The notes under the pieces are model-generated. The model made no database searches. It saw nothing but the letters and a program-made list of their open reading frames with translations, and was not told where the DNA came from. A DNA stretch of 59,339 nt, counting the filler, from Bipalium vagum (taxonomy: Eukaryota): assembly GCA_037834085.1 (NCBI GenBank). It is 3 parts of 3 records of this genome, joined end to end, with 100 filler letters (N's around TTAATTAATTAA, not from the genome) between each part and the next. Parts side by side here need not be neighbours in the genome. Positions count along the whole stretch, not along the records: positions 19,805 to 38,050 come from JBBMKC010034827.1; positions 38,151 to 59,339 come from JBBMKC010240744.1; 1 more part is not named here. One strand, written 5' to 3'. How positions within the stretch are numbered: the stretch's first letter is position 1; every line of letters begins with the position of its first letter. Of this stretch, positions 32,443-43,989 are shown piece by piece. The position numbers and the translations under genes were made by a program.

Positions 32443-35400
32443 CATTATTATTTTAAAAATTATTATTATTTATTATTATTTTTATTATTTAAGAAAATTA
32501 ATTACTAGAGAGAAAATAAAAAATATTAAGACTTACATAATTAAACATTAAATACACGAACTTTTAATCAATGTTGTTTAGTCATTGAATTTGATTTTCA
32601 AAAAAACTTGTTTAAATAAGAACTTTAATTTTTTCTTAGTTTTCGTTTATGTTTACTTAAATAAAATATTTATCTAATTATTGTCTGGATCAACAAAGTG
32701 ACCCGTTTATACAAACAAATTTTTTCAAATCATAATAGCATTAAAACCTGGAAATTTGCTATGATCAACAATTTCTGGTTTCTTTGTTATCTTTTGAGTT
32801 GACGGTTTTGTTGCAGGAGCTGCACTTTTGGGAGCTGATGGTTTTGGAGTGAGAGCACTTTTAGGTGAATCTGTAACTTTGTGAGCTGTAGCCGAAACTA
32901 AAAGAATATTTAGATAATTGTAAAAAATTCTTGATAATCTTTTATGCAATTACATTTTTCTTTGCTCAGGTAAATTTCAATTACGTTCACTTATCAATAA
33001 AACATTTTGATTAATTTAAAAGATAAAAAAATTTTCTACATTACTTTTTCAAGAAGTATTTAGCAAATGTTAACAAACTGTGCTGTGAACAAAGATTAAT
33101 TACAGCAAAATATAAAAGGGAACGGTTTAGGTTAAGTTTGAAATCTGTTATGACTCTCAGTACTACTTTTGAAGATGAAATTTTTTGAAAAGAATGCTTC
33201 AGAATTAAATTTTGACTTCTTAATGTTAATTTCTGCAGTGACAGCGAGATTAATATAAAGATTTTTCAATATTACACCAGCACCTTCAGCACAAACTTTT
33301 GGGTCTTTCAAAACATCAAAATCAGAATCAAACTTAATAATTTCACATCATTTCTATTCCTTTATAAAACAATTAAAATTACAAAAAAAATATTTACAAA
33401 AATATTAAAATTAAATAATAATATGGGGTAAATCGATTTGGTAAATATTTCTATTAGTTAGAATTAATAATAACAATTATTAAACAAGATATTTTGAAAA
33501 AAATTCTTTCCTTAAATTATTTAATTTTTGGTGAATAAATAAAGTGAGAAATAATGCCGCAGCCCACTAAAAATGATTTGGTACAATGTCTTTCCTATTT
33601 TATAAAAATTAACCTATCATCATCTAAGTATAGTTTAAAATTTGAACTATGTTGTAGGCGAATCATGGTTAAAAATAAATAAGTATCATTACCATGATTG
33701 GTTGCAGTCCCATTAGGTTTTGCAGCTGGGAAATTGGCCGGTTTCAATTTCGCAGAAGTTGGGTGTGAAACAGTGCCCTTGTCTGTTGCTTTCGTTGCAG
33801 GAGGTTTGGCAGCAGGCTTCGTATCTGCAATCATTAATAAACTTTACTTTCAATGAAAATCATGTTTACTGATTATAGTAGGCATTGGTAAGCCCAGTGG
33901 TTCATTCCATTCAACAGCAGAATCTGAAACTGTCTTGTTCCCATTGACATAACCAGGTGCACTTTCTATAAATTTAAAATTAATATATATTGAATAAGCA
34001 TAGCAACAGTTCTTTATTGAAATATAAAAACTTTTTTAAAATACCGTGTTCAATTTTGTGGGATATATTATTTAAAGGTTCAACTGGCATTTGACCAAGC
34101 TCATAATCTGGATATCCCAACTCAAAATCCCTAAATAAGAATAAATAAAATCATTTTTAGCGAAATAGAATTTACGATTGAAAGAAAATGTAATTGCAAT
34201 TTTTCAAGTCAGATATATTTTTTGAAAAATTGACAATATTAATTACATTATATTAGGTCGTCTCATAAATCTTTACGGAAAAGATGTGTAGAACAAAAAT
34301 TTATTTTATAAAACAAGAATATTTTATTATTCAATAATATAATGCCCATCGTTATCAATTATCTTCGTCCCACATTTGGGCAAAAGTTCAATACTGGTTC
34401 TTTCCGGCGAAATAGTCAGAAATGGCAATTTCGATAACGCATTTACTATTGAATTCTTTTCCATTTAAGAAGTGGTATAATGAACGGAAAAGATAATAAT
34501 ATGTTGGAGGACTATATACCTGGACTATATTGTGGGTGAGAAATAAGTTCTCAGCTAAACTTTTTAATTTTCTCCTTGGTCATTTTTGATGTGTGCGTTT
34601 TTGCATTATCTTGTTGAAGAATAACGCCTTGTCGATTGAGCAGAGATGGTCTGGAAATTTTTAATTTATCACGTAATTTATCACCTCACTACTGATGGTT
34701 TCCTCCATATTTAGGAGCTCCATATATATTATTCCCTTCATATCCCACCACAAGCAGAGAACTTTTTTCGGATGAAGACCTGGTTTAGCCGTTGAGATTG
34801 GTTCTTCACCAAAACCTAACCACTGCTTTTTACGCTCAGCATTGACATATAAAAACCATTTTTCATTACAGCATACAACTCTTTCCAGAAGTGGGTCTAG
34901 ATCATGGCTAGTGAACAAAGACCCGATTTAGAAGTTACTGTTCATCTAAAAGCCGTGTGGAATCCATTTTCTGCATTTCGAAGTTTTCCCATTTGAATTA
35001 AATTTCGATGAACACTTGCTTTAGAAGTGTCCGAGAGTTTTGCTAATTTCCATGTTGTTCGACAAGGAATCTCTTCCACTAGTTTATTTAGGTCGTCAAT
35101 GTTTATCTTTACAGGTCGACTCTATCTTGGATTGTCTTGAATATCGAAACTTCTTAAATCATTTTTCACATGTACTTAAGCTAATAGTTTCGATTAATGC
35201 CATATATAACCGTTCATAAAACTGTCTGGCATTTAATCCGAACTTAAAGTCATACAGCAGACAGATCCTTATGATTTCTTATGTAAATTCCATCTCCAAG
35301 AATAAGAAATCTTAATAAAGATTGTAAGAATACATTAATTTTATATAAAAGCACCTTTAAATAATATTATTTTAAATAATGCACTTATAAATTATTTCAA

Positions 35401-38050
35401 ATAATGTGGATAAACAATACTAAATAATACTATATGAAAAAACGTAAAGGCTTATGAGCCGACCTAATACATAACAATATTTTAGTTTTTTCTATAATAA
35501 CTTGAAATTTTCTACAAAATATGTAAGTAAAATGAATTATTTTTTTCGAACCGTATCTAAATTTCCTATAAATTGCATGTGAACTCTTTTGCTTATCAAT
35601 TATGAAATTAAAACACCAACAAATCCCATCTATACTTTATATTGAATTCCTTCTCAGATTTTTTCAACTAACAATAATCATAGTTAAATAGTAAATATTA
35701 ATCATGTTGAGATTTATAAAATAAATTATCTAATGAATGATTATCAAAACCATAGAAAACTATTACCATATATGTTTTCCATAACTCATTCATATAAATT
35801 AGTTGGAAAATACCAAATGAAATATATAAAATATAAATCATGTTATAACTGAAAAAACAATTGCACTCACCTATCAATAATATTCGTTGATTCTTTTGAT
35901 GAAAATCCATGACAGGTATAATTTTCTTCATCATATTCTTTTGTGATATTTGTTTGAAAATTGATTATTTCCTCGTCTTCAATAATTTGCTCTACCTCTA
36001 CTTCAGTGGGTTCTAAGAGATTGTGCTTCAAGCCTTGTAAAATATCTGGTGTTGTATTTATATTTTGACTATTTATTTCGTCTTCAGGATGTGTATCATA
36101 ATTAAGACTTTCTTTATTCTCATAGAGTTCACTCTGATCTTGTGCTGATTCATTGATGTCAGTCATTTCGTGTGAGACTATGGAAGTTGGTGACATATCT
36201 TCAAGAATATTATCTAATATTGGAATAGAATGAAGAATTGGTTTTTCATCTTTTTCTTCTATCGTATGATCTGTAACAATATCCACACTGAGATCACTGT
36301 CATTGCTTTCTGAGTCTGGCAAATATCTTTCAATATCTTGGTGATTTTCGGAATGTACTGAATCTAACACATGACTACCTTCAAGTTCTCTAGATTGCAT
36401 CCCATTGTCGTAATAGCAATCAAGACTTTCTGGTTCCTCGGATTTTGTAATATTATCCTTGAATTCATTTGTATAATCAATAATTTTTTGACTTTCTGGT
36501 TCTTGATTACAACACATTTCAAAATTTTGGTCAATATTATGATGTTCATCCTTTAACTTTAAAGCATCCGATTCATTATCTTCTTGGTCACTTTCAAAGT
36601 TAAGACACTTTTCTACCTTCTCAGAATTGCTTAAAAATGACTCAGATTCCTGATTTTTTTCTGCCTCGACTTCTTTACAAAAATTTTCAAATCCTTCATT
36701 TTCAAAATTTTCTTCGTTATCATCCGATACCAATTCCTCTTGATGCAATTTATCTAATTTATCAGTATTTTCTGATTTTTTATCTTTTTCGGAATAAATT
36801 TCAGAATCCTTTAAAATGTCATTTTCTTCTTTTTCTTGTAAATCTTCAACGGACAGATTTATTTTCTCAAAAATTTCATGATTTTCTTTATCAGTGTTCG
36901 ACAGACTCTCACTTTCAAACGTTGGTTCATGTTGAACTTCTACATCTTCCCCAGGTTCAGGATTTTCCTTTTCTGAAACTTCATATTCCTCCTTTTCAAT
37001 GTCCAGATGAGATGTCCTCTCAACAACCTCTTCAATATGATCTTGAATGTCTTCTTCCTCTAAATTACTTTCATTTTTTTTAATTTCTTCATCTTTTTCC
37101 AGTTCCAGTAGAATTTTTTCGTTTTCATTATTTGTACTTTCCAGAATTTCTTGATGATCTTCATGTTCATCTTCCTTTTCCGTAGAATACTTTTCTGAAA
37201 TTTTCTCTTCAATTTCGAACGGAATTTCACTTTCAATTAATTTTTGATGGTGGAATTCTACTTTATCTTCTTCACAAAAATCTTCTTTAATATCTAATGG
37301 AAAGTTACTTTCAATTGATTCTTGAATTTCTATTTTTTCTTCTGACAAATCTTCCATTTTAGAAATCTCATGTTCTTCTTTGGAAATTTCTAAATTAGAG
37401 TCAAGGTGCTCCACATCTACAATTTCTACATCCTCTATTAATTCTTCCTTTTCCAAATCTTTTTCTTCTACAATTTCGTGATTTTCGTTATCAATCTCCA
37501 AATGAGAACTTTCAATTTTAAAAATGTCTTCATCTTTTACTTGTAAATCTTCATCCTCTTTAGAAAGATGTTGGTTTCCAAATATGTCATGTTTTTTGCT
37601 AATATCATAGTCACTATTAACAATTTCTTGATGAATCTCTTCAGTATTTTCCGTTTCTATAAGATGATATTCTTCATTTTTGGAATTCAGTGGAATTTCA
37701 CTTTCTACAATACTGTGATGCTGTGTATGCTCAATTTCTTCGACATCTGAGGACTCTTCTTTTTCCATGGTTCCTCGGTCTTCATTTTGTTCTGTACTTA
37801 TTGGAATCTCGCTTTCGTCAATATCGTGATGATATGGCTGTTCACTTTCTTCGTCCTCAAGATCTTCTGTTTCTGAGACTTCATGGTCATCCTTTTCAGT
37901 AGTGAATGGAATCTCACATTCCACAATATCATGATGTGATTCCTCAATATCTTCTTTCTCTGAGATTTCGTGATCCTCGTCTTTTTCAGTAGACAATGGA
38001 ATCTCACTTTCTTCAATATCATGATGTTCTGGATGCTCAATTTCTTCATC
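32204..38050 (-). CDS. MAP1/Futsch-like microtubule-associated protein, 3' part (5' lost in gap)
   Basis: A >2.1-kb acidic exon (38050-35871) splices in phase to exons 34130-34045, 33965-33870, 33824-33693, 32897-32748 and 32394-32215. These encode WNEPLGLPMP (invertebrate MAP1 WGxPLGLPxP-like), a K/P/A-rich basic tract and FYMEIAYIP...EAFFTRIRARQYIL...VLDSLLAAKRKW (MAP1 light-chain C-terminal domain). True last exon is uncertain. Confidence 0.8.
34253..35467 (-). mobile_element. Full-length decayed mariner (~1.2 kb) in a MAP1 intron
   Basis: TIRs TTAGGTCGTCTCATAAATCTTTACG and CGTAAAGGCTTATGAGCCGACCTAA, each flanked by TA. Transposase remnants: NEKWFLYVN, KPGLHPKKVLCLWWDMKGII, ILQQDNAKTH. 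Confidence 0.9.
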
Positions 38051-38150
38051 NNNNNNNNNNNNNNNNNNNNNNNNNNNNNNNNNNNNNNNNNNNNTTAATT
38101 AATTAANNNNNNNNNNNNNNNNNNNNNNNNNNNNNNNNNNNNNNNNNNNN
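38051..38150. other. Artificial contig linker (N44-TTAATTAATTAA-N44)
   Basis: Same 100-bp six-frame-stop spacer as 19705-19804; followed by (AAT)n at 38151-38203. Confidence 0.95.
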
Positions 38151-38204
<54 letters not shown>

Positions 38205-38609
38205 GCTAAAATTACTTGCTTTACTAAAGTAGTGCAGTATTTCAACATCATTTTTACGAGATGTTTCCAGCAAAACTAACATACATAGCTTTTTCCGAAT
38301 AATATGTCACATGTAAAGAAATATGGATTGCAATATTCTTGTTGTGGAGGAAGGTGGTCTGATTGAGCACCTATTATAACAGTATGTTAAATCCTCTTTT
38401 TCATTTGTTATTGTATGTTATAAATAAATATAATTACTTGCTATTTTGACTTCTTAAAATAAGTTTAGAGTTTTGCGCTAAATATGAAACACTCTGTATA
38501 TTTATTTCACATCTTCTTATTAAAACTAAAAAATAAATTTCCAATGACTCTACCACACAATTTTATTTTAAACAAAAGCTCAACAAAATAATAATTGTAA
38601 CCAGATGAC

Positions 38610-39617
38610 TTAAATTCTAAAAGTTTTCCGAAAAGCTAATCGAAATTTTTGAGAGAAAAGCGAATATAAAACGAAATTCATGGCCGCACAAACTGCCAAA
38701 AGCAAATTGCAGAAATTCCCCAAAATAAATTTTACCTGGGACCTACTGGACTTAACTTCGTAAACGACATAATAAATTGCACTAGGAACTTGTAGACAAC
38801 AAAACGTCAGGACCACAATCACTAAGAGATATGTGGTTTTATATTGATCATTGATACTTGAATTTATTTTCACTCGATCATTGATTGCCAAAGAATTCTG
38901 TTCATGAATGCCCCTGGAAGAGATTTCTGAATTATTTCCACTTAGAAAGGGTCGTTGTCTTTTTGCTGATATTATGTATTTGATCAACAAACCATTCACT
39001 ATTGACAAGATCAATAACGGCATTATCACAAATGATATGGCACTTATTTTAAAATATTGATAGTCGTGCAGAAGTCTAATAAATTGCGTTTTTATCAAGC
39101 AGCATTCCGTTACATTTTTATAATAGTTCATTCGACATTTTATGTTACGCACAAAAATTTCTGGGCTCGTGAATATAAAGGTAACAGTGAGACAAATTAA
39201 AATCACTTTTTTAGCTTTATTAACGTTGCACCATCGTTTGATAGCGAAAGGTTTAAGTACCACAAGCAACCTTTCTAAAGTGAAACAAACAGTAATCCAT
39301 GAAGTAGCATTACTTGAAAATGAGCAAAGAGGAGAAAATATTTGAACTACGATAAATAGGAATTCTTCCGACTGGCGCACAAAGCCATAGAGTTGTAGCG
39401 ATGCACAAAATATGGATAACAAATAAGATATATCCAGTATTGAAACGGTAAGAAGGTAAATATTTGTGGAGCTGATCATCGAATTTCGAGTCAAGATGAT
39501 GATGTTAAGTATGTTACAGAAGATACCAGACCAGCAAATCGTTGGCAAAATAATCTTTGTACAAATCAGTCGTATGTGTTCTAAAAACGGATCGGGAACA
39601 GACGAGTTGCAGTACAT
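38610..39617 (-). CDS. Intronless rhodopsin-class (family A) neuropeptide GPCR, FMRFamide-receptor-like group
   Basis: 335-aa ORF with seven hydrophobic segments: TM1 GIFCN, STNIYL..VS..D, TM3 FTLERL, TM6 FCCLQVP, TM7 MNFVLY and helix-8 SQKFR. Confidence 0.9.
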   Translation of the reverse strand: MYCNSSVPDPFLEHIRLICTKIILPTICWSGIFCNILNIIILTRNSMISSTNIYLLTVSILDISYLLSIFCASLQLYGFVRQSEEFLFIVVQIFSPLCSFSSNATSWITVCFTLERLLVVLKPFAIKRWCNVNKAKKVILICLTVTFIFTSPEIFVRNIKCRMNYYKNVTECCLIKTQFIRLLHDYQYFKISAISFVIMPLLILSIVNGLLIKYIISAKRQRPFLSGNNSEISSRGIHEQNSLAINDRVKINSSINDQYKTTYLLVIVVLTFCCLQVPSAIYYVVYEVKSSRSQVKFILGNFCNLLLAVCAAMNFVLYSLFSQKFRLAFRKTFRI

Positions 39618-39976
39618 TTTTCAGAGTTATTTTTCAGAATTCTAAATTAAAAACAAATATTAATAAATGGATTATTCAACTGAAAATAGACAATACTTCA
39701 CATGAATTACTTTTTTCCTATTGGTCACTAAATGTTTTTCTTTCTTATTAGAGATAGATTTAATTAAAAATTACTGAAAAACAAAAAAAGTAGAAAATAA
39801 AAATATATAATATAAAAACTATAATTTTAGATTTTTGCTTATCCTATTTTTGTAAATAAAATTAATTCATTTAATGGATGCAAAAGAAAATAAAAAATAC
39901 GGAAATATTAAGTTATGGGGAAAATATTTAGAATTATGACAAAATATCCAAGATAATTGAATAAAAAATTTATCTT

Positions 39977-40934
39977 TGTTGGGTTCGTACAGAGGCACCT
40001 ACCAAGATAATTTGAGGTCAAAGGACCGCAAGCAGGGCCAATAATAATATAATAAATATGATAACCAAATACTACTAATAAAATATTAATAATTTAAATT
40101 TTTTATTTCTTTAATTAACGTAATGAAATGGTGACGTAATGAATGATGACAATATTGAGCAATGTACAGCCACTCAGAAAAATTCAAGTATATTTTTGGG
40201 AAAGTTTCCCATTTGAGAGGCTATTGGTCAGAAAATAAGTGCTTGGTGATAAAGGCAGGAATGATAAGGTTTTTTACTCAGAAAAACTAATATGTTATTG
40301 TTACAATTTTAATTTTCAAGAATTTTTGATTGAAGAAGATTTTTGAAGAAAGTTATCATTATTATTCCAAGAGTTTTGAAGAAAAATAATTGAAAAACGT
40401 TTTTAATTGAAGAATATTCCAAGACGATTTTTGTTGTACAGAAAATTGATTTAATAAATATTCAATATATTCAATTTGTTCGTTATGAATGACAATTAAC
40501 CGACACTGTAAAATTCGGCTGTCTTTAGATGAGTCTAACTGACGACCCAGGCGTTGATTGAAACTCAGTAATTGATACGGTTTCTTTGTTTTCTTTTTTC
40601 ATTTTTAAAGATAACGCTAATTTTTAATCTTGTGATTAATTTACATTTTAAAATATTGATTTACTTTAATCATTAATGTTTAATAATTATAGTTATTTGT
40701 TGATTTAGTCGATTCGAGTTTTTGCCATTGAATTATTAACAATTATAGTTATTAATAATTAATAAGTATTAACAAACTTCGCACTGAGCGAACTAGTGTA
40801 AGTTGATCAAGAGAACGGGTTTCGGTACTTTGATGAATTATTGTTGAAACATTTAACGTTGTGTGATTTATTGTAATATTATTAATAAATTTTATTATCG
40901 AACTGATTATTTTTCTTTCACTGTTTACACAACA
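39977..40934 (+). mobile_element. Solo LTR, more distant relative (copy C, ~960 bp)
   Basis: TGTTG...CAACA inverted termini. Shares the TGTTGGGTT start and a GACCGCAAG.AGGG.C motif with copies A/B, has AATAAA near the end and a GC-rich structured block at ~40498-40581. No TSD found. Confidence 0.55.
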
Positions 40935-42488
40935 AGTAGTAAGGAGGTAGATCGCGACTCAAGGAGTAAAAAATTCATTGTAGTCTTTAGCACCTAACTA
41001 AATCTATATATTTTTTATTATTAATATATTTATTATTTAAACTATAAATTAAAAACTATATAATCATCTATTTTTCTTTGTCAAAGATTTTCAAAATATT
41101 AATTAGTGTGATTATTTGTTCTCTCACGTAATCCTTTAAATTATAATATCCAAATTTTTCATTATTTTCTTTTCTTTTAAATTGAAAATTAATTTTATAT
41201 TAAGAATAAAAATGGTGAATCTTTCATTTCTGAATTTACTCACTTCACATTTATTATTATATCTTACCTATATTTTTTGAAGTTGTTAGTTTCATTAAAT
41301 ATTATTCGTCGCATCAATAACATTAGATATTTAGCTTAGTTTATTTGATATTTTTGCAAAAAAATATATAATTTAAATAAAAAGAAATGAAAATGAAAAA
41401 AATTTTAAAATGAGTTTTGAATATTAATTTTAAACATTATAATAAATTTTTACCTAATAAAAATTACTTTAAAAATTTATAGTTACATATTATAATATAT
41501 ATTATATATCATAATATTATAATACATTAATACTAAAATGAAGCACTCACTAACTTCAAATGGAATAGAAATTAAGCCGAAGCCAGATACAATTAAATCC
41601 TCCAAAGAGAACCAGCATGAGTATCATTACTATTGGTATTATCCTTTTAATAAAATGAAACTATTCATAAGAAAATCAATATTAAAATCAGTACTTTTCA
41701 TTCATTTGAACCATCATTAAGGTTTCCTATTTTTTAATACTATATCTTTAATGAACATGTAATGCAATAGAACGTTACTAAAATTTAATTGTGTTCATTA
41801 TTTTTATTAAACAAGCTCGTCATAAGGTCTGACTTCAAATAAATATTATATTTGTGTTCCTTATTATTAGGAGTCTATTAATTTTAGACTTTTAAAAAAA
41901 TTTTATTATTTATTTTATGATAAATAGACACATTAAAACCATCCACAATATTTTCAATCGATAAGAAGTCCTTCTCCAAAATTTTGCAACATTTCACAAT
42001 AAAATGTTTTTTCTTTAGAATGTATTCAATCTGACATCCAATTTTGAGCATCTTCGTATTTTCATGCATAGAATGACTTTTCGATTATTACTGGCCACCA
42101 TAGGTTTTTTATCAATTCAGCATTTTATCTTTTTAGTTGATGTTAATATAGTTCCTCGTGACAATTCGTCACAAAGAACCTTTGTTTTTTTCTGACAAGT
42201 AAACATGGAGCTATACTTCAACGATTCCAGATATTACCCATTTTTCTTTCTTTTTAATTATAAAAGTTGTTGAAGACTGTTACAAATATTTCAGAATTTA
42301 GTAACAAGTGTCGGATAATTCCAGAATTTTTTAATTATTTTAGAAAGCTTGTCTTCGAAATTAACAAATGTAAATTATTGTCCAGACAATTTCAATTTTT
42401 CACAATTATCTTCTTCCTAAAACCAATTTGGACTGCAATAAGTTCTTTCCTAATGACAAAATGAAACACTATCTCGATTTATGATATA

Positions 42489-43036
42489 TTAGCTGACCTA
42501 AAAGTGTTGTCATAGGATGTTTTTATTTGAATTACAGCCAGCAAATTTGTGAAAAAAGATGAAGGTTCAAAAAGATTTGATGATGTTACATACTTTCTGG
42601 AATTTGAAAAAAATCGTACATTATGAACTGCTGGAAAATCTCACCTGAATTACTCAAAAGAAATTGGATTGTGTTCTATCATGGCAGACCCCGACCACAT
42701 ATATCTTTAACGACTTAAGAAAAGAAAGAGCTTGGTTTGGAAGTTCTGATGAATCCAGAGTATTGTATATATCTAACACCACCGAATTAATAATTGTATC
42801 TGTCTCTGGAGAATTTTCTTAATGTAGTTCTAATGGTTTCAAGAGAAGACTGTAAAAATTACATCGTACAGGTCTTTGATTAGAAATTTCAGAAATTCTA
42901 CAGTGTTTTCTGCCTTATGGATTTACCAGATAAATGGTGAAACTTTAACAAACAAAATGGAACATATTTTATTTGTTATATGAAGTTTGTTTTTTTTTTT
43001 AATTAAAAAATGGGTGAACCCTTTTAGGTCACCTAA
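42489..43036 (+). mobile_element. Internally deleted mariner (~550 bp)
   Basis: TIRs TTAGCTGACCTAAAAG and CTTTTAGGTCACCTAA with TA flanks. C-terminal remnants IVFYHGRPRPH and ELGLEVLMNP.Y. Confidence 0.8.
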
Positions 43037-43989
43037 TATAATAAAATAATTTGAATATTATTAGTTAACTTTTTATATGACAAAAGTATTTATTATTGAC
43101 ATTTATCTCTCGTTGTACTCGTATTAGATTTTATATGTAATACAAACTTAATAATTTTTAATCTTCATGGTATCAACAAAAAAATCGTTTTGTTATAATT
43201 TTTTATTTTTCGAATATAAAATTTGATACGGAAACATTTGACAGTGTATTCTTTATCCTTCATGTATTATGGAAATTCAAAAAACATGACTTCATTACAA
43301 TGATAAGCAATTATTAATTTTATTGGATTTACCTCAACACTTATAATCTTTGCACTCCCTTTTAATATTATGTTATCTCAGTATCTATCTATTTGTTACA
43401 TAATTGCTCTAAAGTGCAGTTTTTTCATTTTTAAAATCTGTATAATTTTATCCATAAAACTATAATATTAAACCGCGATCAATAAGAAGACAGAAATAGT
43501 AGTTTTGACTAATTAAAATATCAATCATTATATGTCCATAATCACCGAACTTAAATAATTAGTTACCTATAGGACAAGATTAAAAAAAAGAAATCAAGGA
43601 CCCCAGTAAAATATTTAACAAAATTAAGGTTCATATTGTTGGAATTGTCGAAATATGAATATTTAGTAAAGGAATACGACTTCTTCCTAACATAAAATTG
43701 CACAAAACTAATGTTATGTTTTCCAGAATCACATTCAATTTATCAATGATATCTCACAACTCAATTATTAATCAATAATTTATGTTAAATGTGACATGTC
43801 ATCATTAAATTATTATAATCAAGTAATGAAGAACAAATAAATGAGATTTAATAAATTAAAATATACAAAAGATATTCTGAGTGTTTTAAAATTGTCAGAG
43901 AAATATTAAATATTTTCATCTAATTTACGTTCCATCAACGATTTCCTTCAATCAAGATCGCTTTGAGTATTAATTATCTTACTATCGAC

